Source: Terriglobia bacterium (lineage in GTDB: Bacteria > Acidobacteriota > Terriglobia > 20CM-2-55-15). Taken from it: 64,000 nucleotides of DNA. Both the position numbers and the translations under genes were made by a program. The notes beneath the pieces were generated by a model that had not been told where the DNA came from, ran no database searches, and worked only from the letters and a program-made list of their open reading frames with translations. Each line of letters starts with the position of its first letter. Positions within the stretch are counted from its first letter, which is position 1. The stretch is from contig CBDAOY010000006.1 of NCBI GenBank assembly GCA_965198225.1, forward strand, positions 997,713 through 1,061,712. The letters run 5' to 3'. Positions 39,062 through 48,900 of the stretch are shown here, piece by piece.

Positions 39062-40234
39062 CTAGCGGTATGCAGAGATCCCCGTAATCTTCTCCCCCAG
39101 GATCAACGAATGCATATGGTCCGTTCCCTCATACGTGTAAACCGATTCGAGGTTCACCATGTGCCGGAACACCGGGTATTCCAGTGTGATGCCGTTGGCT
39201 CCCATCAGATCGCGTGCCACCCGTGCCGTCTCGAGGCCGACCCGCACGTTGTTCTGTTTCGCAAGCGATGTCTGGGTGAAATGCAGTTTCCCTTCGTCCT
39301 TCAACTTTCCGAGACGCCACGACAGGAGCTGGCCCTTCGTGATCTCGGAGAGCATGTGGGCGAGTTTCTCCTGGACCATCTGGAATGAAGCGATAGGCTG
39401 GCCGAACTGGGTCCGCCCCATCGTGTATTCCACCGCCCAGTCGTAACATGCCATCGCTGCCCCGATGCCGCCCCAGGCGATGCCGTACCGGGCCTGGTTC
39501 AGGCAACCCAGCGGCGACTTCAACCCGGTGCCCTTGGGCAGGCGGTTTTCTTCCGGCACCTCGACAGCATCCATGATCAGGTCTGATGTCACCGATGCCC
39601 GGAGCGACAGCTTCTTCTTGATTTCAGGAGCTTCGAAGCCGGGTCTGTCGCACTCCACGATGAACCCCTGGATCTCGCCCTCGTCGTCTTTGGCCCAGAC
39701 GATCGCGATGTCCGCGACGGTGCCGTTCGTGATCCAGCGTTTCGTGCCGTTCAGGATCCAGCCGTTGCCGTTCCGCCGGGCACGTGTCTCCATCCCGCCG
39801 GGGTCGGATCCGTGATCGGGTTCGGTCAGGCCGAAGCATCCGATCTTGTCGGCGCTGGCGAGGAGCGGGAGCCACTGCTTTTTCTGATCATCGGATCCGT
39901 AGGCATAGATGGGATACATCACCAGCGCACCCTGCACGCTGACGAAGCTCCGCAGGCCGCTGTCCCCGGCCTCCAGTTCCTGCATGACGAGCCCGTAGGC
40001 CACGTTGTTCATTCCCGCGCAGCCGTATTCTTCGGGAAGGTTCGCACCGAGCAGGCCGAGCCCGGCCATCTGCGGGATCAGCTCGGTCGGAAACGTTCCG
40101 ACTTCGAAGTGGTCGTCGATGATCGGGTTCACCTGTTCATTGACGAATTGCCGAACGGTGTCGCGCACCATTCCCTCTTCTTCAGACAGCAGATCATCGA
40201 CCCGATAGAAGTCGACTCCTTGATAAGACGGCAT
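39062..40234 (-). CDS. Acyl-CoA dehydrogenase (glutaryl-CoA DH-like)
   Basis: DSGLRSFVSVQ, GCFGLTEPDHGSDP, YTYEGT. Confidence 0.92.
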   Translation of the reverse strand: MPSYQGVDFYRVDDLLSEEEGMVRDTVRQFVNEQVNPIIDDHFEVGTFPTELIPQMAGLGLLGANLPEEYGCAGMNNVAYGLVMQELEAGDSGLRSFVSVQGALVMYPIYAYGSDDQKKQWLPLLASADKIGCFGLTEPDHGSDPGGMETRARRNGNGWILNGTKRWITNGTVADIAIVWAKDDEGEIQGFIVECDRPGFEAPEIKKKLSLRASVTSDLIMDAVEVPEENRLPKGTGLKSPLGCLNQARYGIAWGGIGAAMACYDWAVEYTMGRTQFGQPIASFQMVQEKLAHMLSEITKGQLLSWRLGKLKDEGKLHFTQTSLAKQNNVRVGLETARVARDLMGANGITLEYPVFRHMVNLESVYTYEGTDHMHSLILGEKITGISAYR

Positions 40235-40338
40235 CTATACCTCCAGACAAAAGGGATATTATACAGTCTTTCGACGCCCCACAGGCGGGCGGGGAGGGGG
40301 CGCGAACCCCGCGCCGCCGCGCTCTCGGACAAGACGAA

Positions 40339-41538
40339 ATGAAGCCCGAATACGCGACTGAAATCGTCAAGACACTCCGCGACAGAGGCTATGAAGCCTA
40401 CTTCGTAGGCGGTTGCGTGCGCGACATGGTGATGGGGATCGAGCCCGCCGACTACGACATCGCCACCGGCGCCCGGCCCGAGGAAGTCGTCGAGATCTTT
40501 CCGAGGACGGAACCGATCGGCGCCAAGTTCGGAGTGATCCTGGTGATCCACCGTGGCGTTCCGTTCGAGGTGGCGACCTTCCGATCCGACGAGGCCTACG
40601 TCGACGGACGGCGGCCCACGGGTGTCGTGTTCACGAGCCCGACAGAAGACGTCCTTCGGCGCGACTTCACGATCAACGGGTTGCTCTACGACCCGATCGA
40701 CGGGCGGGTCATCGACCACGTCGGCGGGGAAGCGGACATCGAACAGCGCATCGTCCGTGCCATAGGAGATCCACACGAGAGATTCGACGAGGACAAGCTG
40801 CGGATCCTCCGGGCTATCCGCTTCGGCGCGCGTCTGGGTTACACGATCGAAGAGGAGACCTGGAAGGCAGTGGTCGCGATGGCGTCCGAGATCCACCAGG
40901 TCAGCGCCGAGCGCATCCGCGAGGAGCTCGTCCGGGTCCTGACGGAAGGTCAGGCTGCCCGCGGAGTTCGTATGCTGGAGCAGTCCGGCCTGCTGGGGGC
41001 GATCTTGCCGGAGGTCGAATGGAGCGGGTACCTCGAACGGTGCCTGGAACGGATCGAAGCCGGAGCGCCGGTGGACTTTGCGGCGGGGGTGCTCCTGCAC
41101 CACAGTGGCGTCGAAGGTGGGGAGGCTGTCACGACGCGTCTCCGGTTCTCGAAGGCGGAGACGACACATATCCTTTCGCTCATCCGGGAACAGGATCGTT
41201 TTACCGGGATACGCGACATGGCAAGGGCCGTGCTGAAGCGGTTCCTCCGGCGGCATCGTTTCGAGGACCACCTGAGACTCAACGAGATTACCGCTCAGGC
41301 GTCCGAGGCCAGCCTGGAAGACTACGTATTTGCCCGGGCCCGACTCGAAGATTGGTCCACCGAAGACCTGCGGCCCGAACCGTTGATCTCGGGCGAAGAT
41401 TTGATTACGCTGGGTCTGGAGCCCGGCCCTTCCTTTAAGGACATCCTGACCACCGTCGAAGACGAACAGCTCGAAGAAAGGATCACGACCCGGGAAAGAG
41501 CTCTCGACTTCGTCCGTGAACGGTGGGTCGAGTCCTAA
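40339..41538 (+). CDS. CCA tRNA nucleotidyltransferase family protein
   Basis: VGGCVRD, DYDIAT, EVATFR, RRDFTIN, EDKLRILRAIRF, SAERIREE; lacks the GRRF poly(A) polymerase signature. Confidence 0.9.
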   Translation: MKPEYATEIVKTLRDRGYEAYFVGGCVRDMVMGIEPADYDIATGARPEEVVEIFPRTEPIGAKFGVILVIHRGVPFEVATFRSDEAYVDGRRPTGVVFTSPTEDVLRRDFTINGLLYDPIDGRVIDHVGGEADIEQRIVRAIGDPHERFDEDKLRILRAIRFGARLGYTIEEETWKAVVAMASEIHQVSAERIREELVRVLTEGQAARGVRMLEQSGLLGAILPEVEWSGYLERCLERIEAGAPVDFAAGVLLHHSGVEGGEAVTTRLRFSKAETTHILSLIREQDRFTGIRDMARAVLKRFLRRHRFEDHLRLNEITAQASEASLEDYVFARARLEDWSTEDLRPEPLISGEDLITLGLEPGPSFKDILTTVEDEQLEERITTRERALDFVRERWVES

Positions 41539-41544
41539 GCCCTT

Positions 41545-41677
41545 TAGAATGTGAAATAGAACAATTCCAATGACCAACCTGCTATGTGGATTGTTCAGAT
41601 ACCGCAATCTGCAATAGAACGGGGTTTTCTTTGGACATGGATGAAACTCATCTGTCGCAAATTGTTCAATGCAATTC
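41545..41677 (+). repeat. AT-rich palindromic element (copy E, variant)
   Basis: ATGTGGATTGTTCAGATA..GCAATCTGCAATAG...CTGTCGCAAATTG; direct repeat of copy F. Confidence 0.75.
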
Positions 41678-42049
41678 TTATCGGCTGGAACTTCGAGCAG
41701 TTCTGATAGACGCGGCGATGATTCGGCAGAGTTCGCGGTTTTCCGCGAGAATCGACGTCGTAATCTCGGGCGAAAGCAGACAAGTTTGAGCAATTAGCTG
41801 CAGCCAGACCGCGGTCTCATTGAGTTCCTTCAGAACGACACGGAGCTTGTGAATAAAGTCCGAACGGCTCTCCGAGCCCCGTGCTTCACCGTAATTGGCT
41901 GCGGAGGCCGTTCCAGATCGCAGGATCTGAAGGGCAATATGCCGCCCATGAGCATTTCGAGGCAGCTTGGATGAAAGCCGGATGATTCCTGCCGCAAAAG
42001 ACACCAGGCGCTTCTCAAGCTCCTCCGCTTTGGAAGTATGAGGGCTCAT
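41678..42049 (-). CDS. Four helix bundle protein (23S rRNA IVP/Avd-like family)
   Basis: QILRSGTASAANYGEARGSESRSDFIHKLRVVLKELNETAVWL. Confidence 0.92.
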   Translation of the reverse strand: MSPHTSKAEELEKRLVSFAAGIIRLSSKLPRNAHGRHIALQILRSGTASAANYGEARGSESRSDFIHKLRVVLKELNETAVWLQLIAQTCLLSPEITTSILAENRELCRIIAASIRTARSSSR

Positions 42050-42074
42050 GCGAATTGTGCTTAGCACGGCTACT

Positions 42075-42242
42075 TCCGAAAATTTGAAATGAAGCAATCT
42101 GCGGTAAGAAACCTGCAATGTGGATTGTTCAGATATTGCAATTTGCGATAGAAAGCACGCGATCAGACCCATCTATCGCAAATTGGTTAATGCACGAATC
42201 CGCATTGGAGGTTTGAGATTGCAGATTGCTCGATTTCTCATT
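42075..42242 (+). repeat. AT-rich heptamer palindromic element (copy F, variant)
   Basis: CAATGTGGATT...CAATTTGCGATAG-21nt-CTATCGCAAATTG...GAATCCGCATTGG plus heptamers. Confidence 0.8.
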
Positions 42243-42278
42243 GTAGAGCTTCAAGCGGTTCTTATGGATGCAGCGCTA

Positions 42279-42503
42279 ATGTCTCGGTTCTCCCTCGCGT
42301 TGGTACTCCTCCTCAACCTCAACACCGCTACGTTCGAACAACTCGACGCACTGCCCGGGATCGGTCCTGCCCTGGCCGGTCGCATCATCGAATTCCGCGA
42401 GAAGCGAGGGGGTTTTCGGCGAATCGAGGAACTGCTCGCGGTTCCGGGCATCAGCGAGAGAAAGTGGCAGGAGTTACGAAAGCTGGTCGAGGTGAAGGAT
42501 TAA
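42279..42503 (+). CDS. ComEA-like helix-hairpin-helix protein (short)
   Basis: NLNTATFEQLDALPGIGPALAGRIIEFR..GGFRRIEELLAVPGI. Confidence 0.85.
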   Translation: MSRFSLALVLLLNLNTATFEQLDALPGIGPALAGRIIEFREKRGGFRRIEELLAVPGISERKWQELRKLVEVKD

Positions 42504-42509
42504 TAAGGA

Positions 42510-45212
42510 TTAATTCGGAGTCCGACGTTCCGACCGGCGAGCTTCGCTCAGGAAGAAGCGGTTCGTGAACGAATGGATCGGGCAGTAGGATCGCGGAGCC
42601 GTACCGTAGATGAACGCCTGAACAAAGCTGTCGTCGCAGTAGGGGGTGGCGAGCGACAGCGTATTCTCGTCGATCGTCGCGATTTCGACGCCCGGCGGGT
42701 CGAAGAACTCGACTTCCGACGAGTTCTCAGGGTCGCGCACGGGATAGAGCTCGTGCGCCTTCAACATGAAGGCTGCCCAGATCGGGAGTGCCGACCTGCT
42801 CCCCTCAAGGTTGAGCTCGCGGTTGTCGTCAAAGCCGACCCACGCGATGGCCAACAGGCTCTTGGTGTAGCCGGCAAACCAGCCGTCGCTGTCTGTGCCC
42901 GTCTTGCCGGCGGCCGGCAGGGTGAATCCCCTGGCCCGAACGCCAGCTCCCGTGCCGTGGTTGATCACTCCCTGTAGCAGGTTCGTCATCAGGTAGGCCA
43001 GCTCCGGACGGAGGACTTCTTCGGATTCCAGTTCGTAGCGTTTCAGGACGTTGTCTTCGTCGTCGAGGATCTCTTTCAGCGCCCGCGGTTCCACGCGAAC
43101 CCCCTCGTTGGCGAACGCCGTGTAGGCGCCGGCCATTTCGATGGGGGTGACCTCGAATGCACCGAGCGCGACGGAAGGGAACGGTCGGATGTCGGCGTTC
43201 AGCCCGACCCGCTGCGCCAGTTCGGTGATTCGCTCGTATCCGATCCGCTCGGCCACCTTCACGGTTGGGACGTTCCACGAACGCTGCAGCCCTTCACGGA
43301 CGGTAACCATCCCGTGGAAAACATCCTTGTAGTTGTTCGGGCGATAGTACTTTTCGTCTTCGTAGACGAAAATCGTCGGTTCATCCATGACGGTCGTCAG
43401 AGGCGTCACGATCGTCGCATCGCGGATCGTTCCAGGTTCCTCCCTCACGGGAATCTGGTGGAGTTCGATGTCTTCCAGATCTGTCAAAAGGCCGTCCCGT
43501 GTCTCCGACTCCTCTTCCAGCTCGCGGATGCGTTCGAACAACTCTTCCATCGTGATGGGGTCGGGCGGGACCGCGAGGTCCGCATACGGGTCTTCGGGGG
43601 GGGCCTGTTCTCGGTTCCGAGTCTGCCGGAAAGCGGTCGGCGTCAACGCCGGCGTGAGTTCCTCTTCGGTCGTTTCCGGTTCCTGGAAGCCGCCATCCGG
43701 GTCGTCTTCGAGAGGCTCCTCTTCGTCGATGACCGGATTCCACGCCGTCTCGAAGGCTGCTGCGTAAACGAAGGGCTTGAAGATCGATCCAGGCTGGCGG
43801 AACGCTTCGGTGATCCGGTTGTACTGGCTGGATCCGTACTGGCGACCGCCCACCATCGCTCGGATCTCGCCAGTGTGAGGCTCCAGGACGATCAACGCAG
43901 CCTGGACGTCCGGTCGGTCGGGGTCCATGACGCCCTGTGCTTCCAGCACTTCCAGCTGCGCATCCACGTTCACGATGCCTGCCGCGACGGCGTCGACCGC
44001 CGCCCGCTGAAGATCCGGGTCGAGCGTCGTGTAGACGTGCAACCGGTCGTTGATGAGTTCTTCCTCGGAGAAGTCTACGAGCAACTCCTCCCGGATGAAG
44101 TCGATCATGTACGGTGCATCGCTCGCGTCCAGTTCGACTTCGGCAAGCTGCAATTCCGTTATCTTGGCTTCGGCCAGCTGGGTGGCGTTGATCATGCCCA
44201 GCCGGTGCATGGCGTCGAGGACGAGATCCCGGCGCTCGATCGCGCGGTCCATGTGGCGCCAGGGCGAATAGGCGTTCGGTGAAGGGATGATGGCCACGAG
44301 GGTCGCCGCTTCAGAGATCGTGAGATCCGACACGTCTTTGCCAAAATAGGCTGCCGCCGCCTCTCCGAAGCCGTTGATGGCGAAGGACCCACGATTCCCG
44401 AGGTAGATCTCGTTCGCGTACATCGTCAGAATCTCTGACTTTTCCAGGCGTTGTTCCAGAAGCAGAGCGATGAAGATCTCGGGGAGTTTTCGGTTCCATG
44501 TGCGTTCCCGGCGGTTCAGGAAGAAACTCCCGGCGAGTTGCATCGTCAGCGTGCTGGCGCCCTCGAGTCTCTCCCCGCGCACATAGGTGGCCATGAACGC
44601 CCCCCCGGCCCGAATAAGGTCGATGCCGAAGTGGCTGAAGAATCGCTGATCTTCCGATGCCGTCAGGGCGTCGCTCAGGTGCGGCGGTATCTGCTCCCAT
44701 TCGACGAGCCGACGCTTCGTTCGGGTGTCGTCGAACATATTGGTGACGAGTTCGGGAGGAAGCGCGGCCTCCAGCACCTCGAAACCCGTCCGCTGTTCGA
44801 CGACCCGCTCGATCGTTCCTTCTTTGAACTCCAGTCGGAAATCGTTGCCGGCCCTTGGCGACACGATGATCGACGTGCGCTCCTCGTCGTTCGCAATCTG
44901 GTAGAGCAGATCCTCGAACGGGGCGCTGGCTGTTTCTTCCAGGCCTGCGCGCCGGAGTCGGAGCAGTATGTCGCCGACCGAGATCTGCTGTCCGGGATAG
45001 ACGAGGTAGGGGGTGCCGTATATCTTCGCGGTGTGTTTGAAGACTTCGCCCGATAGCCTTCGGTCGATGATCGTGGCATAGATGTTGTAGTAGTGCGTAA
45101 ACACCATGCCACCCGCGATCGATGCGATCAGGGTGAGCGCAGCCAGGACTTTGAAGTAGGGTGAGAGCAGAAACGCCTTGACGCCTTTCTTCTTGCCCTT
45201 CCGCTTCTTCAT
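42510..45212 (-). CDS. Class A penicillin-binding protein (PBP1B-like)
   Basis: SEDQRF, GASTLTMQL transglycosylase; PGSIFKP, SWN, AGKTGT transpeptidase. Confidence 0.94.
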   Translation of the reverse strand: MKKRKGKKKGVKAFLLSPYFKVLAALTLIASIAGGMVFTHYYNIYATIIDRRLSGEVFKHTAKIYGTPYLVYPGQQISVGDILLRLRRAGLEETASAPFEDLLYQIANDEERTSIIVSPRAGNDFRLEFKEGTIERVVEQRTGFEVLEAALPPELVTNMFDDTRTKRRLVEWEQIPPHLSDALTASEDQRFFSHFGIDLIRAGGAFMATYVRGERLEGASTLTMQLAGSFFLNRRERTWNRKLPEIFIALLLEQRLEKSEILTMYANEIYLGNRGSFAINGFGEAAAAYFGKDVSDLTISEAATLVAIIPSPNAYSPWRHMDRAIERRDLVLDAMHRLGMINATQLAEAKITELQLAEVELDASDAPYMIDFIREELLVDFSEEELINDRLHVYTTLDPDLQRAAVDAVAAGIVNVDAQLEVLEAQGVMDPDRPDVQAALIVLEPHTGEIRAMVGGRQYGSSQYNRITEAFRQPGSIFKPFVYAAAFETAWNPVIDEEEPLEDDPDGGFQEPETTEEELTPALTPTAFRQTRNREQAPPEDPYADLAVPPDPITMEELFERIRELEEESETRDGLLTDLEDIELHQIPVREEPGTIRDATIVTPLTTVMDEPTIFVYEDEKYYRPNNYKDVFHGMVTVREGLQRSWNVPTVKVAERIGYERITELAQRVGLNADIRPFPSVALGAFEVTPIEMAGAYTAFANEGVRVEPRALKEILDDEDNVLKRYELESEEVLRPELAYLMTNLLQGVINHGTGAGVRARGFTLPAAGKTGTDSDGWFAGYTKSLLAIAWVGFDDNRELNLEGSRSALPIWAAFMLKAHELYPVRDPENSSEVEFFDPPGVEIATIDENTLSLATPYCDDSFVQAFIYGTAPRSYCPIHSFTNRFFLSEARRSERRTPN

Positions 45213-45337
45213 AAGTCGTTCATTATAGCCTAGGAGCCGAGATCCAGGGTCAAGTGCGCGATCAACCGTACCAAATGGGGCGGGCGCGGGCTCGTCGCTC
45301 GCCGTCTCCGAATTCCAAGTGGTTTCATCGGTTTAGG

Positions 45338-46159
45338 TCAGGTTCCGAGGCGGAGGGGCGCGCTCAGATTCTTCAACAGCGCGATTGCCGACAGCGCTGC
45401 GACGTGCGATGTCCTGGGATTGTCCGGAGAAGGCGCGTTCTCCATCACGGTGCGGAACCTCCCGAAATCCCCCACGACCACGACCTCGTGGATGTTCCTT
45501 TCAATCGCAGGGTCCGCTACGATCGTAACGCGCGTCCGGTCGACGCCGATGCCGGCAAGGCTCAAAGCGGCGGAAACATTGATGTTGGCGGGAAATCCCC
45601 GACACGCATCCCGGGCGGTGCCCTCGAAGACGACCTTTGCCTCCTCGAGCTCGTCGAGCACAATCCCGTTGGCTTCGAGGTGGGGCGCCCCGGCCAGGGC
45701 CGCCGGCGGCTTCCGGGTCGTGATGCGCGCTTCCCGAATGGTTCCGGAGCCGGCGGCCTTGACGGCGTCCAGGCCCGCGATCGCTCCGGACGGACAGTAA
45801 ATGGTCGATCCCTTCTCGGCGGCGAGTCGGATCCAGTCGTCGCGGTCGATCAATCCGCCGATGCTCAGAACCATGAGGTCCTTACCCCGGTGGACCACCG
45901 CTTGTACGATTCCTTCCAGCGCTGTCGGCCCAGCGGTTTCGACGACGAGATCCGAGGCATCGGCGAGATCATCGACGGACAGGACAGGCGGCTTCCCCTC
46001 CAGCGTTCGAGCCAGATTCTCGGCGCGTTGGGAATCCAGATCTGTGACGCCGACCAATGAGGCGGGAACTTCCGCTCGATCGATCGCGTGGGCGATCAGG
46101 GATCCCATGTTACCGACGCCCACGATGCCGATTCCAAACATGGCGACACTATCCCACAT
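45338..46159 (-). CDS. nadX: L-aspartate dehydrogenase
   Basis: GVGNMG, SGAIAGLD, TTRKPP, FPANINVSAAL, NIHE, NPRTS. Confidence 0.92.
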   Translation of the reverse strand: MWDSVAMFGIGIVGVGNMGSLIAHAIDRAEVPASLVGVTDLDSQRAENLARTLEGKPPVLSVDDLADASDLVVETAGPTALEGIVQAVVHRGKDLMVLSIGGLIDRDDWIRLAAEKGSTIYCPSGAIAGLDAVKAAGSGTIREARITTRKPPAALAGAPHLEANGIVLDELEEAKVVFEGTARDACRGFPANINVSAALSLAGIGVDRTRVTIVADPAIERNIHEVVVVGDFGRFRTVMENAPSPDNPRTSHVAALSAIALLKNLSAPLRLGT

Positions 46160-46197
46160 TTCTCACCTTAAGACGCCGGTACAGCCATCGAATCGTT

Positions 46198-46374
46198 GAA
46201 TTCGGGGACAGCGTTGAATTCGGGGACGGAGACCGAATTCGCAAAATCGAGGAGATCGGGGACGGAGACCGAATTATCCGGACTATCAAACCGTTGGTTT
46301 TAGGTTCCCAAGAATTCGGTCTCCGTCCCCGATCTCAATCCTCCCGCGAATTCGGTCTCCGTCCCCGAATTCCC
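46198..46374. repeat. GGGGACGGAGACCGA REP cluster
   Basis: Three forward and two reverse copies of (GAATT/GAGAT)CGGGGACGGAGACCGAATT. Confidence 0.88.
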
Positions 46375-46756
46375 TGACACAAAAATAAAAAGCCGTGCAG
46401 GATTGCTCCTGCACGGCTTGACGGTTTGCCGGTTGGTCCGGTTATCCGTTATTGAGGTCGATCGTCGAAATCGTGGCCTTCGTGCTGGTGGCTTTCCGCA
46501 GCACGGCAACGCCGACGGCGAGGGCCGCGATCGATCCGAAGAAAATCGCTCCAACAAACATATGGTCGTACCTCTCCTTGCTGAGTATTGCTCCTGCTCC
46601 GGGATATAAGAGATGAGGGAATGCTGTGGCTCGTATAACCGACGAGAAAGATCGAGAACGGTCGGAAAACCGCCCCATTCTCAGGAGGCCTAAAGACGAT
46701 AGACACCGACCGTGCCTTCTGTCAACCCACAAATATATTTCGAGCGAGCTGCCAGG

Positions 46757-46781
46757 CTAGTGGCCTGTTACAGGCCACTAG
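46757..46781. repeat. Collapsed MITE footprint palindrome
   Basis: CTAGTGGCCTGTTACAGGCCACTAG = fused TIRs of the 34438 element. Confidence 0.8.
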
Positions 46782-46793
46782 AGCAACGTGCCG

Positions 46794-48773
46794 CTAGTCC
46801 CGACTGAAATGTTTTCGGTACCAGGCGATACTCCGTTCGATGGAATCGGCGACGTGTTCGGTTTGCCGCAACCCGTGCCCTTCGCCCGGATACCGGACCA
46901 TTATGGTCTCGACGCCGACATCCTTGAGCGCGATGTAGAACTGCTCGGCCTCGGCGATCGGAACGTTGTTGTCGTTCTCGCCGTGGATGAACATCGTCGG
47001 AGTGGTCACGCGGTTCACGTAGCGCAAAGGTGACCGTTCCCACAGGAAATCCATCAGGTTTTCCTGGTGGGGAAAGGTGCCGAACTCCACGGCGAGGTAG
47101 TCGTGGTAGTAGGACATGTAGTTGAAGCTGACGAGGTTCGAGATGCTGGCGGCGGGTATCGCGGCCTTGAACCGGTTCGTCTGTGTGATGATCCAGTTCG
47201 TCAACTGTCCGCCGTAGCTTCCGCCCTCGATGCCGAGCTGGTCGGGATCGAGCCACGACTTCCTCCGCAAGACGGCGTCCACTCCTGCCAGTACGTCGCG
47301 GGCCTCGCCGCCGTTCTGGTCGCGGAAGATGGCATCGGCAAACGCCTGCCCGTAACCGGTGGAGCCGCGGTAGTTGACCATTAAAGACGCCCACCCCTCG
47401 GCGGCATAGACCTGCGCCTTGGTGTTCATCGTGGGTCCCTGCTGGCCGTGTGGGCCGCCGTGGATCATCACGACCATCGGGTGCCGCGAATCCTCCGTCC
47501 GGCCCAGTGGGTGGGTCAGGAGGGCTTCCACCTCGCGGCCGTCGAAGCTCAGAAACCGGATGCGTTCAACCGCGGCGATCTCCCGGCCGGCGAGTGTCCC
47601 GGAGTTCAGGTCGGTCAGTTGGGTGTCGCTGCTGTCCCGGTAGAGGTGTAACTGGGCCTGATCCTCGCGTGTGGAGAGCGCGTAGGCGATCGCTTCATTT
47701 GAGACTGCAAAGGATCCGACCGAGCCGTCGACGGCGATCGCCAGCTCCGCACCGGCCCCGTCGACCGGCACGCCGTAGAGTCGTGACAGTCCCTGCTCGC
47801 GTACCGTGAAAAACACGGCCGATCCGTCCGGGGACCACAACGGCGCTCCTTGCCGGTTATCGATCGAGCCTCCAATTTCCCGTCGCTCGCTCCCGTCGGC
47901 GTCCATCAGCCAGATGTGGGTGTCTTCCATCGTCGTCTCCGACGACGTCAGGCCCCGCCGCGTGCCCTGGTAGGCCACGCTGTTTCCGTCGGGCGACCAT
48001 CGGGGCCGGTACTCGTTGCTTTCAGTGTTCGTCAGGCGATGAATGCTCTTGTCGGACACCGATACGGAGAAGACGTCGTAGTTGAAGCGGAGGTCCGGAT
48101 CGGGCTCACGGTTCGATACGAAGAGGATTCTGTCGCCGTCGGGCGACCAGTCGATCGAGTGTTCGTAGTACACGCCTTCGGTGATCTGTTCGACCTCTTT
48201 CGTATCGACGTCGACGGTGAAGATGTGGAGCCGCCGGTTGTCGTTGAATCCGGTGACTGAAGAGGGCGGCTTGTACAGATAACGCGTGATGACGACGGGG
48301 TCCCCGTTAGTATCGGGGTCCTCCGGTCCGGGTGTCGCAGATACGAACGCGATCCGAAGCGAGTCCGGAGCCCAGCTGAGTCCCTCGCCGCGGGAGGGAA
48401 GGGGATGGTTGGTCCCCTGAGTCTCCGCCAGGAAAACCGGCTCGGACCCGTCTGCGTTGGAGACCATGATGCCGGCCCGATCTCCGTCGCGACCCGTGTA
48501 GGCGATCCGTTTGCCATCGGGGGACCAGCGCGCGCCGCCTCCGTCCAGCTTGATCGATTCCCCTGTCGCCAGAGTCCGAATCCAGGTTTCACTGTATGCT
48601 GTTCCCGGCCGGTCCCGTCGGGTCACGCTATAGATCAACCGTTCGCCGTCAGGGGAGAACTGCAAACCTCCGACCGAGCGCAGCTGAGCAATGTCTTCGA
48701 CCCGCAAGCCCGACTGCGCCGTCGCCGAACTAGCGAAGAAAAGAACGATTAACAGCGCGACAAATGCCCGCAT
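46794..48773 (-). CDS. S9 family peptidase with PD40 propeller
   Basis: WSPDG repeats, HGGPH, GGSYGG, HGEND, EGHG. Confidence 0.94.
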   Translation of the reverse strand: MRAFVALLIVLFFASSATAQSGLRVEDIAQLRSVGGLQFSPDGERLIYSVTRRDRPGTAYSETWIRTLATGESIKLDGGGARWSPDGKRIAYTGRDGDRAGIMVSNADGSEPVFLAETQGTNHPLPSRGEGLSWAPDSLRIAFVSATPGPEDPDTNGDPVVITRYLYKPPSSVTGFNDNRRLHIFTVDVDTKEVEQITEGVYYEHSIDWSPDGDRILFVSNREPDPDLRFNYDVFSVSVSDKSIHRLTNTESNEYRPRWSPDGNSVAYQGTRRGLTSSETTMEDTHIWLMDADGSERREIGGSIDNRQGAPLWSPDGSAVFFTVREQGLSRLYGVPVDGAGAELAIAVDGSVGSFAVSNEAIAYALSTREDQAQLHLYRDSSDTQLTDLNSGTLAGREIAAVERIRFLSFDGREVEALLTHPLGRTEDSRHPMVVMIHGGPHGQQGPTMNTKAQVYAAEGWASLMVNYRGSTGYGQAFADAIFRDQNGGEARDVLAGVDAVLRRKSWLDPDQLGIEGGSYGGQLTNWIITQTNRFKAAIPAASISNLVSFNYMSYYHDYLAVEFGTFPHQENLMDFLWERSPLRYVNRVTTPTMFIHGENDNNVPIAEAEQFYIALKDVGVETIMVRYPGEGHGLRQTEHVADSIERSIAWYRKHFSRD

Positions 48774-48797
48774 CAAAAGAGACCTCCACGTTCTAGT

Positions 48798-48863
48798 GTA
48801 GGTGCGGTCCATGACCGCACATTTTTCAGCTCGACCCGTCGTGCGCTCATAGAGCGCACCTAC
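48798..48863. repeat. GTAG-family REP doublet
   Basis: Same inverted pair. Confidence 0.9.
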
Positions 48864-48900
48864 ACCCTCGGTCAACCCGCGTGGGCGGGTCAACCGTTCA

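Noticed and set aside
40339-41538. Poly(A) polymerase PcnB
   Set aside because: Lacks the GRRF signature; both tRNAs here lack encoded CCA, consistent with a CCA-type enzyme, though CCA versus A-adding specificity cannot be resolved by eye
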